A DNA stretch of 64,000 nt from Vicinamibacteria bacterium (GTDB taxonomy: Bacteria; Acidobacteriota; Vicinamibacteria; Vicinamibacterales; UBA8438): the NCBI GenBank assembly GCA_022821235.1, contig JAJEEA010000419.1, positions 2,095-66,094 of the forward strand, written 5' to 3'. The translations under genes and the position numbers were made by a program. Every line of letters begins with the position of its first letter. Position 1 is the stretch's first letter. Positions 1-10,376 of this stretch are shown here, piece by piece. Below the pieces are notes generated by a model. It was not told where the DNA came from. It saw nothing but the letters and a program-made list of their open reading frames with translations, and did not search any database.

Positions 1-1
1 G

Positions 2-868
2 TCGGTGGTGGCTCTGGGCACGCTCTACAACACCGACCGGCCCTACTCCACGGAGATCGGCGAGCCCGGCACCGCCCTGATCTCCCGCTACGCCTGGGGC
101 GACGACTATCACGACGTCCTCGCCGACCGCACCCGGGCCCTGGCCGCGTGGATGCGCGAGGCGCAGGGGGAAACCTGCGAGACCCGCGTCTACGTCGACA
201 CCGGACCGGTGCAGGAGCGCGTGTACGCACGGCACGCGGGCCTCGGATGGATCGGCAAGAACACCTGCCTCATCAATCCCGACGTCGGGTCGTGGCTGTT
301 CCTCTCCGAGGTGCTGTGCAGCGTGGCCATCGAGCCGGACGCGCCGGCCCTCGACCAGTGCGGGACCTGCACGCTGTGCCTCGAGGCCTGTCCCACCGGC
401 GCCTTTCCCGAGCCCGGGGTCCTCGACTCGACGCGCTGCCTGTCCTACCTGACCATCGAGACCAAGGGCGCGATACCTCCCGAGCGGCGCGCCGATCTCG
501 GGACCCACGTCTACGGGTGCGACGTCTGCCAGGATGTCTGCCCCTACAACGCGGCGGCGCCGGTCAGCGACGACCCGGCGTGGCAGGCCCGGCCGGCCCT
601 CGACCGGCCCTCCCTGGTCGAGCTGTGGCGCCGCTCGGACGCACGGCTGCGGGACGCCATCCGCAAGGGACCGATGACCCGGGCCCGCGTGAAGCGGCTG
701 CGCCGGAACGTGGCGGTGGCGATGGGCAACAGCGGCGCCGCCGGCGCCCGCGCCGCGCTGGCCCCGGAGCGGTGCGAGACCCGGGCCGACGCCGACTCGG
801 TTCGCGACCCGCTGGTGGAGGAGCACGTCGAGTGGGCGCGGGGCGAGCTCGCGCGGCGGCGCGGGTAG
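2..868 (+). CDS. queG: epoxyqueuosine reductase QueG, 5' end cut by window edge
   Basis: ORF open to base 2. Two ferredoxin-type 4Fe-4S Cys motifs (CGTCTLCLEACPTG, CDVCQDVCPYN) followed by a HEAT-like tail, as in QueG. Confidence 0.8.
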   Translation, partial: SVVALGTLYNTDRPYSTEIGEPGTALISRYAWGDDYHDVLADRTRALAAWMREAQGETCETRVYVDTGPVQERVYARHAGLGWIGKNTCLINPDVGSWLFLSEVLCSVAIEPDAPALDQCGTCTLCLEACPTGAFPEPGVLDSTRCLSYLTIETKGAIPPERRADLGTHVYGCDVCQDVCPYNAAAPVSDDPAWQARPALDRPSLVELWRRSDARLRDAIRKGPMTRARVKRLRRNVAVAMGNSGAAGARAALAPERCETRADADSVRDPLVEEHVEWARGELARRRG

Positions 869-1096
869 GCGAGTCGGCGACACCGAGGGGGGGAGGTGTG
901 CGAGGCTCCAGGGAGGCGGTTCCCGACCGGGCGCCGGTGGAGGTTGCGGCGCGGCGACTCTCTCCGGGTTTCCGGGGCCGGCCGGTTCGCCTCTGCACAC
1001 GGGTCCTGCCGCCACGCGAGCGGCGCCGGCGTCCCGACCTGGACGCCGGCGCCGGCCCGAGCGCCGGCGTTGCCGGCTGGGGGCGGTGGCGGAGAC

Positions 1097-1675
1097 ATGC
1101 ACTATGATCAGCGAGTGACGAAGGGAAAGAACAAGTCGCTGGCGCCGAGGCTGCTGCTCTCGATGCCCCAGCTTCACGATCCGAACTTCCGGCGGACGGT
1201 GGTGCTGCTCTGCGAGCACGGGGAGGAGGGCGCCTTCGGGCTCGTGCTGAACCGGAAGACGGACACGCCGGTCTCCTCGGTGGTGAGGCTGACCCCGCCG
1301 GTCGAGGTGGACAACGGCCTGCAGCTCTGGATCGGCGGTCCCGTCGAGCCCGAGCGGGGCTGGATTCTGATGGGGCACGAGCCGGCCGACGCCGAGTCGG
1401 TCGAGGTTTGCGAGGGCCTCTACCTGTCCACGTCCCCCAACCTGTTGCGGCGGCTCCTCGAAGACCGTCCCCCCGACCGCACCCGGCTCCTGACCGGGTA
1501 CGCGGGCTGGGGGGCGGGCCAGCTCGACGCCGAGCTGTCGGCGTCGGCGTGGCTGATCGCCGACGTGCAGCTCGACCTGATCTTCGACGTCAAGGCCGCG
1601 CAGATGTGGGAGACGGCGATCCGCCGCCTCGGCGCCGACCCCACCCTGCTGCAGATGAGCAGCGGGGTCCACTAG
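1097..1675 (+). CDS. YqgE/AlgH family (UPF0301) protein
   Basis: ATG at 1097 inside a longer ORF. Blocks LLSMPQLHDPNFRRTVVLLCEHGEEGAFGLVLNR and GYAGWGAGQLDAEL are typical of this family. Confidence 0.8.
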   Translation: MHYDQRVTKGKNKSLAPRLLLSMPQLHDPNFRRTVVLLCEHGEEGAFGLVLNRKTDTPVSSVVRLTPPVEVDNGLQLWIGGPVEPERGWILMGHEPADAESVEVCEGLYLSTSPNLLRRLLEDRPPDRTRLLTGYAGWGAGQLDAELSASAWLIADVQLDLIFDVKAAQMWETAIRRLGADPTLLQMSSGVH

Positions 1676-1872
1676 CCCGACAACCGTCGCCTTCGGCTGG
1701 GCGCCCAGCCGACCCTCCAGGAATCCGCGCCGTTCCATGGCGCCGACTCCTGCCCCGCAGCCTTCGCCGTCGCTCCGCCTCTTGGCGCCCAGCCACCCTC
1801 GACGGATCCGCGCCGTCCACGGCGCCGGCTCTTGCCCGTACGGCCGTCAGTTCGCCGCGCGGAGCCGCGCCG

Positions 1873-2667
1873 CTACCGCGCCGGCCGGGCCGGGTACCAG
1901 TCGCCGTCGCGCACCTCTATCGGCTCTCCCTCGAGGGCGTCCCGCAGGGCCTGGATCGTGGCCGCGATCTCCATCGCGTTGTCGGGGCGGGGCTGTTCGG
2001 GATCGCCGAACCAGCGCGCGGTCGCGTTGTCGTAGTGGATGAGGTAGACGACCGAGGGCCCGAAGGTCTTCACGCACTCCGCCACCGGGATCGGGCGCAT
2101 GCGGTCGACCGGCAGGTTCATCGGCATGAACGCCACGTCGATGTCCTCGAGGGCCTGTATCTCGGGGACGCACTCGCCCACCCCCGAGAAGAAGAGCCGC
2201 TTTCCTCCCAGCGTGACGACGTAGCCGTTCGCCTCGCCCTTCGGGTGCCACGGCTGGCCGGGCGTCATGTCGTAGGCGGGGACCGCCTCCACCGGCACGC
2301 CCGCGAACACCCCGTGCTCGCCGTTCGCGAGCACCACCCCGTCGCCGAAACGGGCGTGGGCGGCGGCGGTCAGCACGACCGGGGCGCCGGGCTTGCGGAG
2401 CTGCTCGATGGCGGCGGGGTCGAGGTGGTGGGCCGGATCGTCGGTCACGAGAATCAGGTCGGCGGGCCGGGCGTCCGTCAGGTCGCCGGCCGTCCACGGG
2501 TCGATGTGCACCACCGTGCCGGCGTGCTCGATCTGCACGCTCGAGTGGAGGATGGGGGTGATGACGACGTCGCCGCCCTCGGCCGCGATTCGGTCCGACG
2601 ACTGCGCCGAAGCGGTGGCTGCGGCGATCAGCAACGCGGTGAACGTCGTTGGCACGGTGAGGCGCAT
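1873..2667 (-). CDS. secreted MBL-fold metal-dependent hydrolase
   Basis: Signal peptide MRLTVPTTFTALLIAAATASAQ. His/Asp-rich blocks (HAGTVVHIDPW, LILVTDDPAHHLD) resemble the UPF0173/MBL fold. Confidence 0.55.
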   Translation of the reverse strand: MRLTVPTTFTALLIAAATASAQSSDRIAAEGGDVVITPILHSSVQIEHAGTVVHIDPWTAGDLTDARPADLILVTDDPAHHLDPAAIEQLRKPGAPVVLTAAAHARFGDGVVLANGEHGVFAGVPVEAVPAYDMTPGQPWHPKGEANGYVVTLGGKRLFFSGVGECVPEIQALEDIDVAFMPMNLPVDRMRPIPVAECVKTFGPSVVYLIHYDNATARWFGDPEQPRPDNAMEIAATIQALRDALEGEPIEVRDGDWYPARPAR

Positions 2668-3169
2668 GGTGAACCTGCTTTCGGTGAGCCCTCGCGGCCC
2701 GTCCGTCGGGGCCGCGGCGATGACGGGATGTTGGCCAGGAAACCGTCACGGCCGCCGGCATCGCCAGCGAGGTTCGGCGCCATGACGTTCTTGTCGTACG
2801 TCCGCATGCTACGGCCGTTTCACGGGCACCGTCAACGCCCCGGAGCCATCTCGTGCGTCGCACCGGTCCGTTCGTCGGCTCCGAGCGCGGCCCGCATTGA
2901 CGATTCCCCGCTATCCCCGCAACACTAGGCATCTGCGCCGGGCGGCTCCGGCTCCGGGCGGGTCGGTCTCCTCGAGAATCCGCCCCCTGCGAGACCCCGC
3001 CCCTGGAGGCGGAACCACGGGCCCGAGGTGGTCACGTGGCGCGGCCACGAGGGGGCGGGCGGCAAGGGGAGCCGCAACCGGCGATTCCGGGGGCGGGAGG
3101 CCCCTTGGGCGAGACTTCGGGACCTTGCCCGGTTTCCGGCGACGGGGTCCCGCGACCCGGGAGGATTGG

Positions 3170-3583
3170 ATGGGATTCGCAGACGTCAACTACCTCGCGG
3201 TCGGGTTGGCCGCGGTGCTGTCGTTCGTCCTCGGCATGCTGTGGTACTCGCCCCTGCTGTTCGCGAAGGCCTGGATGGCGGGCCACGGCTACACCGAGGC
3301 CGACCTCGAGCGCATGCAGCGCGGCATGGGGCCGACCTACGCGCTCTCGTTCGTCTGCTGGTTCGTGATGGCGACGATCCTGGCCGTGGTCGCCGGCCAC
3401 TTCGGCGAGGGCGTCGGCCCGACGTTCCACGTCGGCCTGCACCTCTGGCTCGGGTTCTCGGCCACCGTCGGCCTCACCAACAACCGCTTCTCGGACAAGC
3501 CCCTCAGCCTGTGGGCCATCGACGGCGGCTATCAGGTCGCGTCGATCGGCGTGATGGCGGTGGTGCTCGGCCTCTGGCGCTGA
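3170..3583 (+). CDS. DUF1761-like small membrane protein
   Basis: ATG at 3170. Four hydrophobic helices. N-terminus MGFADVNYLAVGLAAVLSFVLGMLWYSPLLFAKAW matches my recollection of DUF1761. Confidence 0.5.
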   Translation: MGFADVNYLAVGLAAVLSFVLGMLWYSPLLFAKAWMAGHGYTEADLERMQRGMGPTYALSFVCWFVMATILAVVAGHFGEGVGPTFHVGLHLWLGFSATVGLTNNRFSDKPLSLWAIDGGYQVASIGVMAVVLGLWR

Positions 3584-3789
3584 ACGCCGGTCGTCGCCCT
3601 CGGCTCCGCCCGGTGCCCGAGCTGGTCTCCAGAGGGCCAGCGGGATTCCGCCACCGCGGGGCCGCCCGCCGAATCTCCGGGCAGCTTACCTGAGCGTCCG
3701 GGGCGGAGGACTGCGAGGTCCGCCGGCTCCCGGACGGACGCCTGCCGGTGTCCGCGCTCCTGGGCCGCGGACGCCGGGGCGGCGGGCCG

Positions 3790-5007
3790 TCAGGGCGTCG
3801 AGTTCCGGTAGACGACGCCGCCCTTCATCACGAACCGGACGTTGCGCACCGCGGTGACGTCGTCGAGGGGGTTGCCGGCGACGGCCACGAGGTCGGCCTC
3901 GTATCCCTGCTCTATCCGGCCGATGGTGTCCGCGAGCCCCAGCGACTCGGCCGCGAGGGACGTCGCCGAGACGATGGCGTCCATCGGGTCCTGACCGCCG
4001 TCGCGCACGCGGTAGACGAGCTCCTCGGCGTTGCGGCCGTGGGCGCCGGCTACCGCGTCGGTGCCGTAGACCACCTTCACGCCCCCGTGGTCGAGGGTGC
4101 GGCGGAACGTCTCGTAACCGGTGTTCCGGGCCTCCTCCATCAGCGCGAAGCCCTCCTCGGTGTAGTTGCCGCGGCCGATGAAGCGGTCGCGGTTCTCGAA
4201 GTAGTTGGCCCAGAGCAGGTGGACGTGGGGGTCGAGGTACGTGCCGCGCTCGGCCATGAGCTCGATGACCGCGTCGTCGTAGCGGTTGCCGTGCTCGATG
4301 CCCCCGCAGCCCGCCTCGATGGTCGCGGTGAGCCCGTCGGTGCCGTAGGCGTGCACCACCGTGCGCAGCCCCACCGCCTGCGCCTCGGTGCACACCGCCT
4401 CGAGCTGCCCGGGGGTCATGACCAGCCCGCCGCCCTCGCGGATGCTGGCCGAGGCGAACACCTTGACGACGTCGGCCCCGTCGTCCTTCAGCCGGCGCAC
4501 GAACGCGCGGATCTCGTCCGGCGACCCCGTGCCGGCCCGGACCGCGCGCAGGGAGGTGAGCACCCGGGGGCCGGGCAGGACCCCGCGGGCGATGGCGTCG
4601 CGCAGGTCGCGGTCGGCGGGGCTGCCGAGGCTCTGCACGGTGGTGAAGCCGGCCATCAGGGTCGCCCAGGCGTTCTCGGCCGCGTAGAGGATGGTCTGGG
4701 CCGGCGTCTCGTCCGGGTCGGGGTCGGCGCGCCCTTCGGCGTTGAAGTGCGAGGTCAGATGCACGTGGGTGTCGATGAGCCCCGGCATCAGGGTGAGCCC
4801 GGACAGGTCGTAGGCGACCGGATCTCCATCTGCAGGCGCCGGCTCGACGGCGCTGATGCGCGATCCGGTGACGTGCACGACGACGTTCTCGCGCACGTTG
4901 CCGAGTCCGTCGAGGAGCCGTCCGGCCCGGATCGTGAGGGTGTCCTCCTGCGCCTGGGCGGCGGCCGCCGCCAGCGTCAGGCCGATAACCGCGAGTGCCG
5001 TTCTCAT
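3790..5007 (-). CDS. secreted amidohydrolase-family metallohydrolase
   Basis: Signal peptide, LIDTHVHL metal-binding motif, and imidazolonepropionase-like length and architecture. Confidence 0.75.
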   Translation of the reverse strand: MRTALAVIGLTLAAAAAQAQEDTLTIRAGRLLDGLGNVRENVVVHVTGSRISAVEPAPADGDPVAYDLSGLTLMPGLIDTHVHLTSHFNAEGRADPDPDETPAQTILYAAENAWATLMAGFTTVQSLGSPADRDLRDAIARGVLPGPRVLTSLRAVRAGTGSPDEIRAFVRRLKDDGADVVKVFASASIREGGGLVMTPGQLEAVCTEAQAVGLRTVVHAYGTDGLTATIEAGCGGIEHGNRYDDAVIELMAERGTYLDPHVHLLWANYFENRDRFIGRGNYTEEGFALMEEARNTGYETFRRTLDHGGVKVVYGTDAVAGAHGRNAEELVYRVRDGGQDPMDAIVSATSLAAESLGLADTIGRIEQGYEADLVAVAGNPLDDVTAVRNVRFVMKGGVVYRNSTP

Positions 5008-5184
5008 GTCATCTCCTCCCGGCCCGGAGCGCGTCGCCTGCGGCTCCGCCTACCGCCCCATCGACCCTGCAGGAGCCCTCGCCGTCCTGGCCCCGGCTCC
5101 TGGTCCGTCGAATCGTCGCCCGCGGCTCGGCTCGGCACTCCGACGACCTTCCATGTGCCTGCATCTTTCCAGGGGGCGGGGGCC

Positions 5185-6267
5185 CTACCCTTCGTCGGTC
5201 AGGCGATTGGAGCGAAGCGCCCGCATCGCGCGGTGCGCGGTCGTGACGCGCCGGTGCTCCTCGATCCGCGCCAGCTCTTCGCGGCGTTGCCGCGCCGCCT
5301 CCCGTTCCCGGCGCAGCCGGCGGAAGCTGTCGAGGCGGGCGGCGCTGAGGCGTCCCGTCTCGACCGCCTGCCGCACCGCGCACCGGGGCTCGCCCTCGTG
5401 TTCGCAGTCGCGAAAGCGGCATTCGGCGCCCAGCGTCCGGATGTCGTCGAAGGCGTCGTCGAGGGCGTTGGTATCTTCCCACAACTGCAGCTCGCGCATG
5501 CCGGGCGTGTCGATGAGCAGGCCCCCGTCGGGCAGGAGAATCAGCTCGCGCTGCGTGGTGGTGTGCCGCCCGCGGCCGTCGCGGCGCCGCACCTCCGCGG
5601 TCTTCTGCCGTTCGCGGCCGAGCAGACGGTTGATGATGGTCGACTTCCCGACCCCGGACGAGCCGATCAGGGCGCCGGTCCGTCCCCGGGGCAGATGCTC
5701 CCGCAGGGGCTCGGCCCCTCCCGGCCGCAACGCCTCGATGACGTGCAGGGGGGCGTCGGGGGCGAGGGCCGCGGCGGCGGCGCAGCGGGCCTCGCGGTCG
5801 GCGCAGAGGTCGGCCTTGTTGAGCACGAGCACGGGGGCGGCGCCGCTGTTGCGGATGGCGACCAGATAACGTTCGATGCGCCGCAGGTTGAAGTCGCCGT
5901 CGAGGCCGCTGACCAGCAGCACGGTGTCGAGGTTGGCGGCGACGAGCTGCCGGCGGGTCGGCTCGCCGGCCGCCTTGCGCGAGAAGCAGTGGCGCCGGGG
6001 CAGCACCGCCTCGATGGTCGCGGTGTCGCCGTTCGCGCCGGGGCGAATGGCGACCCAGTCGCCGACGACCGGTCGGGCGTCGGGGCCGGGGGCGCGGTGC
6101 CGCAGCCGGCCGGCGACCTCGGCCATCACCTCGCCGTCGGCGGTTCGGAGCTGATAGAGGGCGTTGTGGGCGACGGCGACGCGGGCCGGCCGCAGGCCGC
6201 CGTCCGCGCACGCCTGGAGAGCGGTCTCGAACCGGTCGTCCCACCCGAGGGCCTCGAGCGTCAGCAC
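5185..6267 (-). CDS. rsgA: ribosome small-subunit-dependent GTPase A
   Basis: Circularly permuted GTPase motifs (VLVLNKADL, GSSGVGKSTIINRLLG) and a C-terminal zinc knuckle (CRFRDCEHEGEPRCAV). Confidence 0.9.
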   Translation of the reverse strand: MLTLEALGWDDRFETALQACADGGLRPARVAVAHNALYQLRTADGEVMAEVAGRLRHRAPGPDARPVVGDWVAIRPGANGDTATIEAVLPRRHCFSRKAAGEPTRRQLVAANLDTVLLVSGLDGDFNLRRIERYLVAIRNSGAAPVLVLNKADLCADREARCAAAAALAPDAPLHVIEALRPGGAEPLREHLPRGRTGALIGSSGVGKSTIINRLLGRERQKTAEVRRRDGRGRHTTTQRELILLPDGGLLIDTPGMRELQLWEDTNALDDAFDDIRTLGAECRFRDCEHEGEPRCAVRQAVETGRLSAARLDSFRRLRREREAARQRREELARIEEHRRVTTAHRAMRALRSNRLTDEG

Positions 6268-6399
6268 ATCGATGCGTTTCCCGGCGGCCGGAAACGGTTC
6301 CGGCCGTCTCGATCCCGGGGGCCCGCGCGGGCCCCGCGTCGCCTTCGGCGGCGTCTTGCCGACGTCGTCGCCGAGTCCGGCTCCGGCCCGACCGCGGGT

Positions 6400-6590
6400 C
6401 CGGAGCCCGTGGAAACGCGGGCTGCGCGTTTCCGGCGTCTCGAGGGCCCGAGCCCCGCGGTGAGCGCCACGGCCCTCGGGGGTGGAAGCGCGGCCTGCGC
6501 GCTTCCGGTGTTTCGTGGGCCGGGCGCCGCGGTGAGCAGCTCCGGCCCTCGGGGGTGGAAGCGCGGGCTATGCGCTTCCGGTGTCTCGTG
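6400..6590. repeat. three tandem ~65-70 bp units, each with a GGAAGCGCGG..CGCGCTTCC hairpin
   Basis: Read directly: units start near 6403, 6471 and 6544. The unit core is ggccctcgggggtggaagcgcgg.ct.(t/c)gcgcttccggtgt.tcgtg. Confidence 0.7.
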
Positions 6591-6801
6591 TCACCTGGGT
6601 CACGCTGCCGAGGAGGTACTCCAGGACGATGCGGTCGCCCGGCTCCAGGGTCTGATCGACCGCCTCGGGCCCCACCCGCGCCATCAGCACCTGGCCGTCC
6701 GGCTCGTCGGCGTCGTTGAAGAAGACGTCCCACGACACCTGGCCGTGCACGCTGATCGGCTGGATCCTCCGGAGGATGCCGGGACGTGTTCCCTTCAACA
6801 T
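6568..6801 (-). CDS. hypothetical small protein
   Basis: ORF only (MLKGTRPGILRRIQPISVHG...). No recognisable motif. Confidence 0.25.
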   Translation of the reverse strand: MLKGTRPGILRRIQPISVHGQVSWDVFFNDADEPDGQVLMARVGPEAVDQTLEPGDRIVLEYLLGSVTQVTRDTGSA

Positions 6802-6993
6802 GGCCCCGATCTTACCCTGGCTCGGCCTTCGAGTGATCCCCGTTCGGGCTCGTTCTTCGGGGGGAATCCCGAGCCCGGCCCGGCGACCGTCGCCCCGCGG
6901 CTCCGCTTGGGGCACTTACGGAAGATCACCCTGCCACGTGCCGAGCGCAGAGACCAGCAGAAAACGGGCTGCGGTTGCATTCAGTTGGCAGAC

Positions 6994-8169
6994 TCAGGTC
7001 GATCGCCGTCCTTGGCGCCCATCCGACCCTGCGGGAGTCTGCGCCGTTCTACGCGGCAGGCTCCCGGCCGGGGGGAACGGCTCGGAGAGCGGCAGGGTCG
7101 GATGCCCGGGTCCGGGCGGGGCGTCCTCCTCCGCCGACAGGTTGTGCATGGTCACCCCGAGCAGGCGGACGGGCCGCGTGCGGGCCTCGGTCCGGTCCAG
7201 CAGCCGCCGCGCCCGCAGGACGATCTGCTGGGCGTCGCGGGTGGCGGGGTCGGCGCTGTGGCTGCGGGTGACGGTGGCGAAGTCCGAGTAGCGCACCTTG
7301 ATGGTGACGGTGCGGGCCGCGAGCCCCTTGCGCTCGAGCCACGCCGCCCCGCGCCGGGCCAGCCCGTCGAGCTCGCGGCGGATCTCGTCCGGGTCGGTGA
7401 GATCGGTCGGGTAGGTGTGCTCCGAGCCGGACGACTTGACGACGCGGTCGGGGCTGACCGGACGGTCGTCCTTCCCCTCGGCGAGCCGGCGCAGCCAGTC
7501 GATGCGGCTGCCGACGGCGCGCCGGAGCACCTGCGGGTCCGCGGTGCGCACGTCGACGAGCTTCACCACGCCCGCGGCCCGGAGGCGCTTCGCGGTGACG
7601 GGGCCGACGCCCCAGAGCGCGTCGACCGGGAGCTGCCGCAGGAAGGCGTCGACCCGCTCGACGGGGATGACGGTCAGGCCGTCGGGCTTGTCCCAGTCGG
7701 AGGCGATCTTCGCGAGGAACTTGTTGGGCGCGGCCCCGGCCGAGACGGTCAGCTTCGTCTCGTCGCGGATCCACCGCTTCAGCCGGCGGGCCACCGTCGT
7801 GGCGAGCGGCTCGTTCCAACTGTTGCTCGTCACGTCGAGGTACGCCTCGTCGAGCGAGAGGGGCTCGACGAGGGGGGTGACCGAGCGGTACATGTCGAAG
7901 ATGCGGTCCGAGATGGACCGGTAGCGGGCGAAGTCGGGGGGCACCACGACCAGCTCCGGGCAGCGGCGCACCGCCCGCGCCATCGACATCGCCGAGCGCA
8001 CCCCGAACTTCCGGGCCTCGTAGCTGGCGGCGGCGACCACCCCGCGCCGGTCGGGCCGCCCGCCGACCGCCACCGGGCGGCCGCGCAGCGACGGGTCGTC
8101 GCGCTGCTCCACCGACGCGTAGAACGCATCCATGTCGAGGTGGAGGATGCGGCGCACGGGAGAAGCCAC
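6994..8169 (-). CDS. dinB: DNA polymerase IV (Y-family)
   Basis: ILHLDMDAFYASVEQRDDPSLRGRPVAVGG and the SLDEAYLDVT catalytic blocks. GTG start. Confidence 0.9.
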   Translation of the reverse strand: MASPVRRILHLDMDAFYASVEQRDDPSLRGRPVAVGGRPDRRGVVAAASYEARKFGVRSAMSMARAVRRCPELVVVPPDFARYRSISDRIFDMYRSVTPLVEPLSLDEAYLDVTSNSWNEPLATTVARRLKRWIRDETKLTVSAGAAPNKFLAKIASDWDKPDGLTVIPVERVDAFLRQLPVDALWGVGPVTAKRLRAAGVVKLVDVRTADPQVLRRAVGSRIDWLRRLAEGKDDRPVSPDRVVKSSGSEHTYPTDLTDPDEIRRELDGLARRGAAWLERKGLAARTVTIKVRYSDFATVTRSHSADPATRDAQQIVLRARRLLDRTEARTRPVRLLGVTMHNLSAEEDAPPGPGHPTLPLSEPFPPAGSLPRRTAQTPAGSDGRQGRRST

Positions 8170-8198
8170 GGCGAAAGTCTATACTTGATCTCTTCACC

Positions 8199-10079
8199 AT
8201 GGCCGACGAGAAACCGCAGAAGACGACAAAGAGACCGCTCGCCTCGCCCGGCGCCTGGCAGGAGGCGCGGGTGCTGGTGCACGCCCACCGCTACCGGCTG
8301 GCCCTCGGGCTGGCGCTGATGCTCGTCAGCCGGGCGGCCGGCCTCGTGCTGCCGTGGATGTCCGGTTACGTGGTCGACGACGTCATCGCCCGGGGCCGGG
8401 CCGATCTCCTCCTGCCCCTCGCCCTGCTCGCGGCCGGGGCCACCGTGGTCCAGTCGGGCACCGGTTTCGCGCTGTCGCAGGTGCTGGGGGTGGCGGCGCA
8501 GCGCGCCATCACGGAGATGCGCAAGCGGGTGCAGCGGCACGTGACCCGGCTGCCCATCGGCTACTTCGACGCCACGCAGACCGGCGTCCTCATCTCGCGG
8601 GTGATGACCGACGCCGAGGGCATCCGCAACCTCGTGGGCACCGGTCTGACCCAGCTCGCGGGCGGCTTCATGACCGCGACCGTCGGCATCGGGGTGCTGT
8701 TCTACCTGAACTGGCGCCTGACCTCGGTCACCCTGTTCATCCTCGTGGTCCTCGGGGCGGCGATGGCGACGGCGTTCTCGCGGCTGCGGCCGCTCTTCCG
8801 CGAGCGCGGGAAGATCAACGCGGAGGTGACGGGGCGGCTCGCCGAGACCCTCGGGGGGGTGCGCATCGTCAAGGCCTACAACGTGGAGAAGCGCGAGCAG
8901 CGGGTGTTCGCCGGCGGCGTCCACCGTCTGCTGCGGAACGTGGCGAAGACGGTGACCGGGGTCTCCGCCACCACGTCGGCCGCCTCCCTCGCCATCGGCG
9001 TCATCGGGGCGCTGATGATCGTCATGGGGGGGCAGGCGATCATTGCCGGCGCGTGGACCGTCGGCGACCTGCTGCGATACCTGCTGTTCACGGGGGTGGT
9101 GGTGGCCCCGGTCATGCAGATCGCGTCCATCGGCACCCAGATCACCGAGGCGTTCGCGGGGCTCGACCGCATTCGCGAGATTCTCGGCACCCCGACCGAG
9201 ATCGACGAGGACGCGTCGCGCCAGCCGGTCGGACGGGTTGAAGGCCGCGTCGCCCTCGACCGGGTCACGTTCTCCTACACCGAGGGGGTGCCGGTGCTGA
9301 AGGACGTCTCGCTCGAGGCGCCGGCCGGCAGCACCACCGCCCTCGTGGGGTCGAGCGGGTCGGGCAAGAGCACCCTGGTCAGCCTGATCATCGCGTTCAA
9401 CCGGCCCCAGGCGGGCCGTGTGCTCGTCGACGGACACGACCTCGCGGACCTGAGGCTGGCCGAGTACCGGCGGCAGCTCGGCGTCGTGCTGCAGGAGAAC
9501 TTCCTCTTCGACGGGTCGGTGGCCTCGAACATCAGCTTCGTGCGCCGCCACGCCACCCGGGCCGAGATCGAGGCGGTGAGCCGCATCGCCCACTGCGACG
9601 AGTTCATCCGCGGCTTCCCCGACGGCTACGACACAATCGTCGGCGAGCGCGGCATCAAGCTGTCGGGGGGGCAGCGGCAGCGGGTGGCCATCGCCCGCGC
9701 GATCCTCGCCGACCCCCGCATCCTCATCCTCGACGAGGCGACGTCGAGCCTCGACAGCGAGAGCGAGGCGATGATCCAGGACGGGCTGCGGGCGTTGCGC
9801 CAGGGCCGCACCACGTTCGTCATCGCCCACCGGCTGTCGACCATCCGCAGCGCCGACCAGATTCTCGTGCTCGAGCAGGGCGAGATCGTCGAGCGGGGGA
9901 CCCATGCCGAGCTCTACGCGGCGGGCGGCCGCTACCGCGAGCTGCACGACACGCAGTACCGGCTCGAGCAGGACCGCTTCATCAATCCCGGCGAGGACTT
10001 CACGCCCGAGCCCGAGCTGGTGGGGGCGTCCGGCGGGCACGGGGGCGCCGGGGCGGGGGGCGGCGCCGGTCGCGGGTGA
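8199..10079 (+). CDS. ABC exporter, fused permease/ATPase (MsbA/multidrug type)
   Basis: Six-TM N-terminal half. Walker A GSSGSGKST, signature LSGGQRQR, Walker B ILILDEATS. Confidence 0.9.
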   Translation: MADEKPQKTTKRPLASPGAWQEARVLVHAHRYRLALGLALMLVSRAAGLVLPWMSGYVVDDVIARGRADLLLPLALLAAGATVVQSGTGFALSQVLGVAAQRAITEMRKRVQRHVTRLPIGYFDATQTGVLISRVMTDAEGIRNLVGTGLTQLAGGFMTATVGIGVLFYLNWRLTSVTLFILVVLGAAMATAFSRLRPLFRERGKINAEVTGRLAETLGGVRIVKAYNVEKREQRVFAGGVHRLLRNVAKTVTGVSATTSAASLAIGVIGALMIVMGGQAIIAGAWTVGDLLRYLLFTGVVVAPVMQIASIGTQITEAFAGLDRIREILGTPTEIDEDASRQPVGRVEGRVALDRVTFSYTEGVPVLKDVSLEAPAGSTTALVGSSGSGKSTLVSLIIAFNRPQAGRVLVDGHDLADLRLAEYRRQLGVVLQENFLFDGSVASNISFVRRHATRAEIEAVSRIAHCDEFIRGFPDGYDTIVGERGIKLSGGQRQRVAIARAILADPRILILDEATSSLDSESEAMIQDGLRALRQGRTTFVIAHRLSTIRSADQILVLEQGEIVERGTHAELYAAGGRYRELHDTQYRLEQDRFINPGEDFTPEPELVGASGGHGGAGAGGGAGRG

Positions 10080-10376
10080 CCGGGAGCGTCACCCTGCAGC
10101 TCCGCTCGCCGCGGCAATCAACCCGGCCGTGGCCGTAGTTCTCCGGCCCGGACTCCTGCCGCCGAGGGCGCTGACGGGAATTGCCTGGCCACGTGCCAAG
10201 CGCAGACCCGCAGAAGAACGGGCTGCGTCCGGGTGCAGTTGGAGAACCCGTATCGATCACTGTCCTGAGCGTTGCCTTGCGACACCGCCAGCCGCCCGAC
10301 CAGCCGTCGGTCGGCGCCTCGGGCCGGGGGCGGCCACCTTCGGCGACGCAGGCCGGCAGTGGGTTACAGTAGAGCC

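Noticed and set aside
6400-6590. Possible CRISPR array (regular hairpin repeats); the same question applies to 22545-22850.
   Set aside because: Only 3-4 units are present. The segments between the hairpins are themselves conserved rather than unique spacers. Unit lengths are irregular, and no cas genes are in the window.
8165-8200. LexA/SOS box in the 29-bp dinB / ABC-exporter divergent gap.
   Set aside because: No palindrome or known SOS-box consensus is visible in gaaagtctatacttgatctcttcacc. It is only AT-richer than its surroundings.
3748-8319. Very long ORFs antisense to or overlapping recognised genes (for example 3748..8319 at 1523 aa, 7830..10040, 15089..17644, 28685..31123, 57766..59982).
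   Set aside because: Their translations are low-complexity and rich in Arg, Gly, Pro and Ala. They overlap genes with clear family signatures on the other strand or frame. This is a typical stop-codon-poor artefact of roughly 70% GC DNA.
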